Assembly: GCA_964420395.1 (NCBI GenBank)
Contig: CAYQTJ010000004.1
Span: forward strand, 2,506 to 66,505
Source: an uncultured Fibrobacteraceae bacterium
GTDB taxonomy: Bacteria > Krumholzibacteriota > Krumholzibacteriia > LZORAL124-64-63
Reading direction: 5' to 3'
DNA: 64,000 bases
Part shown: piece after piece, positions 61,634-64,000 of the stretch
Layout: each line of letters opens with the position of its first letter
Position numbering within the stretch: position 1 is the stretch's first letter
The notes under the pieces: model-generated
Databases searched by the model: none
Told to the model about the DNA's origin: nothing
The model's input: only the letters and a program-made list of their open reading frames with translations
Program-made: the position numbers and the translations under genes

Positions 61634-62776
61634 ATGGAGATCAAGCCGATCCTGCAAGCGATGATCGAACACAAGGCCAGCGACCTGCACCTGAAGGTCG
61701 GCGTGAAGCCGATCCTGCGCGTCAACGGCCGGCTGCTCGCCGTGGACTTCGCCGCCCCCGGCCCCAAGGACATGATCACGATCGCGCAGCAGATCCTCAC
61801 GCCGGCGCAGCGCGAGATCTTCGAGTCGACGCGCGAGATCGACTTCGCGTTCGGCGTGCCCGGCCTGGCCCGCTTCCGCGCCAACTTCTACGTGCAGCGC
61901 GGCACCATCGCGATGGTGTTCCGGCACGTGCCGGTGGAGATCCAGGACTTCGACAGCCTGCGTCTGCCCGCCGCCGTGAAGGAACTCTCAACCCGCCGCC
62001 GCGGACTGATCCTCGTCACCGGCACGGTGGGGAGCGGCAAGTCCACGACCCTGGCCGCGATGGTCGACATCATCAACAGCACCCAGCCGTCGAACATCAT
62101 CACCATCGAGGATCCCATCGAGTTCCTGCATCGCGACAAGATGAGCATCATCAACCAGCGCGAAGTCGGCACCGACACGGGCTCCTTCGCCGAGGCGCTG
62201 CGCCACATCCTGCGGCAGGACCCCGATTGCATCCTCATCGGAGAAATCCGCGACGCCGATTCCATGAAGGTGGCCCTGACCGCCGCCGACACCGGCCACC
62301 TGGTGCTCAGCACCCTGCACACGATCGACACCACCCAGACGATCAGCCGCATCATCTCGTTCTTCCCGCCGCACCAGCACCAGGAGATCCGCTACCTGCT
62401 GGCCTCGACGCTGCAGGCAATCATTTCGCAGCGCCTGATCCCCGACATCAGCGGCACCCGGCGGTACCCGGCGGTGGAGGTCATGATCAACACCAGCACG
62501 ATCCGCGAGTACATCGTGGACGCCGAGAAGACGGTGCTGATCCGCCAGGCGATTCAGGACGGCTTCGTCCAGTACCAGATGCAGACTTTCGACCAGGCGC
62601 TGATGGCGCTCTACCGCGAGAAGACGATCTCCCTCGAGGAGGCGCTCAAGGCCAGCTCCAACCCGCACGAATTTGCGCTGCGCGTGAAGGGGATCCAGGC
62701 GAGTTCGGATGTGAGTTGGGATCGCTTCGAGGCCCCGGCGCCGGCCGAGCCCGAACCCCAATTCTCACGCATCTAG
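61634..62776 (+). CDS. pilT: Type IV pilus retraction ATPase PilT (twitching motility)
   Basis: …MIEHKASDLHLKVG.KP..RVNG…, LVTGTVGSGKSTTLAAM (Walker A), …ITIEDPIEF…, …ILIGEIRD…, and LVLSTLHT. Confidence 0.9.
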   Translation: MEIKPILQAMIEHKASDLHLKVGVKPILRVNGRLLAVDFAAPGPKDMITIAQQILTPAQREIFESTREIDFAFGVPGLARFRANFYVQRGTIAMVFRHVPVEIQDFDSLRLPAAVKELSTRRRGLILVTGTVGSGKSTTLAAMVDIINSTQPSNIITIEDPIEFLHRDKMSIINQREVGTDTGSFAEALRHILRQDPDCILIGEIRDADSMKVALTAADTGHLVLSTLHTIDTTQTISRIISFFPPHQHQEIRYLLASTLQAIISQRLIPDISGTRRYPAVEVMINTSTIREYIVDAEKTVLIRQAIQDGFVQYQMQTFDQALMALYREKTISLEEALKASSNPHEFALRVKGIQASSDVSWDRFEAPAPAEPEPQFSRI

Positions 62777-64000
62777 CCCCTTGTGCCGTCGAGATTGTTG
62801 CTCTGTCGCATACGTGGTGGCCGTCGTCACTCTGCGGGCCGGCCTAGAAGGCGTACTTGAGTGCGTGTCGTCGATTGCGCGGCAGCGCCGGCGTGATCAC
62901 GCGGCGCTCGTAGTACTGCGCCCACCGCTCCGGCAGCTCGATCCGGTTCCGGAATAGCCGTTTGCTCAACACATCCTCCACCCGAAGCGGACGGTCGAGC
63001 ACCCCCTTGAGCATCGCCGGCGTCTGCCGGCACCGCTTCTCCCAGCGGTTCTTGATGTAGTTGCGCCAGACCAGCAGGATCGCCAGCCGCTCCGCGGCCG
63101 CCTGCCGCCGTTTCGACGCGGCGATCGTCTCCCGCTTGTGGTTGGCCTGGCTGTGGCGGATCAGCAGGTCGAGCAGGTTGGCCTCGAACAGCGGGTTGTC
63201 GGCGTCGCGCCGGTCCGTGGAGGGGGTGACGAGATGGCGGATCCGGCAGGCGAGCCCGCGAAACGCCCGCGGGTAGGCGCGGTGATCGTCGCTGCGCACG
63301 GTGGCCTCCGTTTCGTGCTCCAGGATCGTCCGGAGCAGGTGATGGACATCCTTCTCGACGGCCCGCGGATCGGGCCGGCCAAGGCATTGTTCGAGCTGCT
63401 CGCGGCGCCGCTTCTGCGCGTCGGTCATGCGGCCCTTGCGGCGCAGCGGACTGTCGGTGAAGTGCCAGAAGAAGCTGTTGTCGGCCTCGGCGAGCACGTG
63501 GAAGTGGAACGGGAAGAACTGGCTGAACTCGAAGGACTCAAGGCCGTCCATGACGAGGTCGCCCTGGGGGCGGACGCCGGCGGTGAGCCGGGTGTGCAGC
63601 AGCAGGCAGTGACGTCCGAGGCGGGCGAGGAGTCGGTCGATGGTGGAGGGGGCGGCGCGGACGTCGCGGGCGATCTGTCGGTTGGCCATGCCACCGACGG
63701 CCTTCATGAAGATGAGTTGGGGGAGGTCGGGACGTTTGAGCCAGTAGGAGGAGGCGAAGGTCTGTGAACTGAAGGAGCGTCGGCAGGCGAGACACGTAAA
63801 GCGCTGGACACGGTGCGGGGCGATGAGTCGGCGGTAGTGGCCGGCGCGCTTGAAGCGCCAGCCTGCGGTCAAGGTGTTGTGGTAGGGGCAGTTGGGGTTG
63901 GGGCAGAAGGGCGGGCGGAACCCGTAGGCAGTGCGATCGGGGGTGTCCATGGTCCCGAACACTGCAACCGGGACGCCAGGGACAATTTCGGCGGCACAAC
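62777..64000 (-). mobile_element. Partial insertion-sequence-like element running off the window edge (ends not definable)
   Basis: A transposase-like gene in a locally less GC-rich stretch immediately after pilT. The far end lies outside the window, so inverted repeats cannot be tested. Confidence 0.3.
62844..63962 (-). CDS. Putative DDE transposase (N-terminal Zn-ribbon, HTH, DDE-like core; IS1/IS1595-like organisation)
   Basis: CPNPNCPYH…FTCLACRRSF (Zn ribbon), …MANRQIARDV…STIDRLL (HTH). Candidate DDE residues in …VMDGLESFEF…, …RSDDHRAYP…, …NPLFEANLLDLLIRH…. The alternative start at ATG 63950 is equally possible. Confidence 0.55.
   Translation of the reverse strand: MFGTMDTPDRTAYGFRPPFCPNPNCPYHNTLTAGWRFKRAGHYRRLIAPHRVQRFTCLACRRSFSSQTFASSYWLKRPDLPQLIFMKAVGGMANRQIARDVRAAPSTIDRLLARLGRHCLLLHTRLTAGVRPQGDLVMDGLESFEFSQFFPFHFHVLAEADNSFFWHFTDSPLRRKGRMTDAQKRRREQLEQCLGRPDPRAVEKDVHHLLRTILEHETEATVRSDDHRAYPRAFRGLACRIRHLVTPSTDRRDADNPLFEANLLDLLIRHSQANHKRETIAASKRRQAAAERLAILLVWRNYIKNRWEKRCRQTPAMLKGVLDRPLRVEDVLSKRLFRNRIELPERWAQYYERRVITPALPRNRRHALKYAF

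Noticed and set aside
1-64000. Whole-window scan for tRNA, rRNA, tmRNA and CRISPR arrays
   Set aside because: No T-loop-like GGTTCGA(A/G)TCC contexts occur outside coding frames. There are no rRNA-like conserved blocks and no regularly spaced direct repeats. The intergenic space is too small to hide them.

Overview
Very GC-rich bacterial chromosomal segment (by eye above 70% G+C, not computed; third codon positions are almost all G/C in real genes). It is gene-dense, with about 56 protein genes, nearly all on the + strand. I found no rRNA, tRNA or CRISPR array. Order of content: (1) housekeeping genes: glutaryl-CoA dehydrogenase-like, a membrane sulfatase-fold enzyme, NifU-like, inositol monophosphatase, CutA, a DUF62 SAM hydrolase, a lipoprotein, PhoH2, glnA, DUF212. 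(2) A ParA ATPase fused to a glycogen-binding-type CBM48 domain, plus two unknown genes. (3) A surface-glycan cluster: O-antigen-ligase-like, GT4, WecA/MraY-like, methyltransferase, one unknown. (4) Two tandem, divergent paralogs of about 1,600 aa, each a secreted gingipain-like (C25) protease with DxDxDG/FG-GAP repeats and a FlgD-Ig/T9SS-like C-terminal domain, and each with its own promoter and a roughly 245-nt leader. (5) A peptide-type ABC binding protein, a Zn-protease-like lipoprotein, HIT, a PfkB kinase. (6) lexA plus an orphan ImuB-like gene, then DUF72. (7) hsp20-lon. (8) A long start/stop-coupled envelope operon: four GT9 heptosyltransferase-like genes, gmhB, DUF3108, a deoxyhypusine-synthase-like gene, an ArnT/PMT-like gene, a sugar-phosphate transferase. 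(9) acpS, PhzF-like, a long acyl-CoA dehydrogenase. (10) An unrecognised eight-gene, translationally coupled operon centred on a GlmL/MutL-like ASKHA ATPase with several membrane proteins; this is my best candidate for an undescribed system. (11) TPR, aroQ, efp, accB (no accC), pilT. (12) A lower-GC transposase gene running into the window edge. The C25 plus FlgD-Ig C-terminal architecture and the high GC suggest an uncultivated FCB-group-like lineage; this is inference only. Most long antisense and alternate-frame ORFs in the track are GC-shadow artefacts. Start sites were refined by hand using conserved N-termini, Shine-Dalgarno-like GGAGG motifs and GTGA/ATGA stop-start overlaps.
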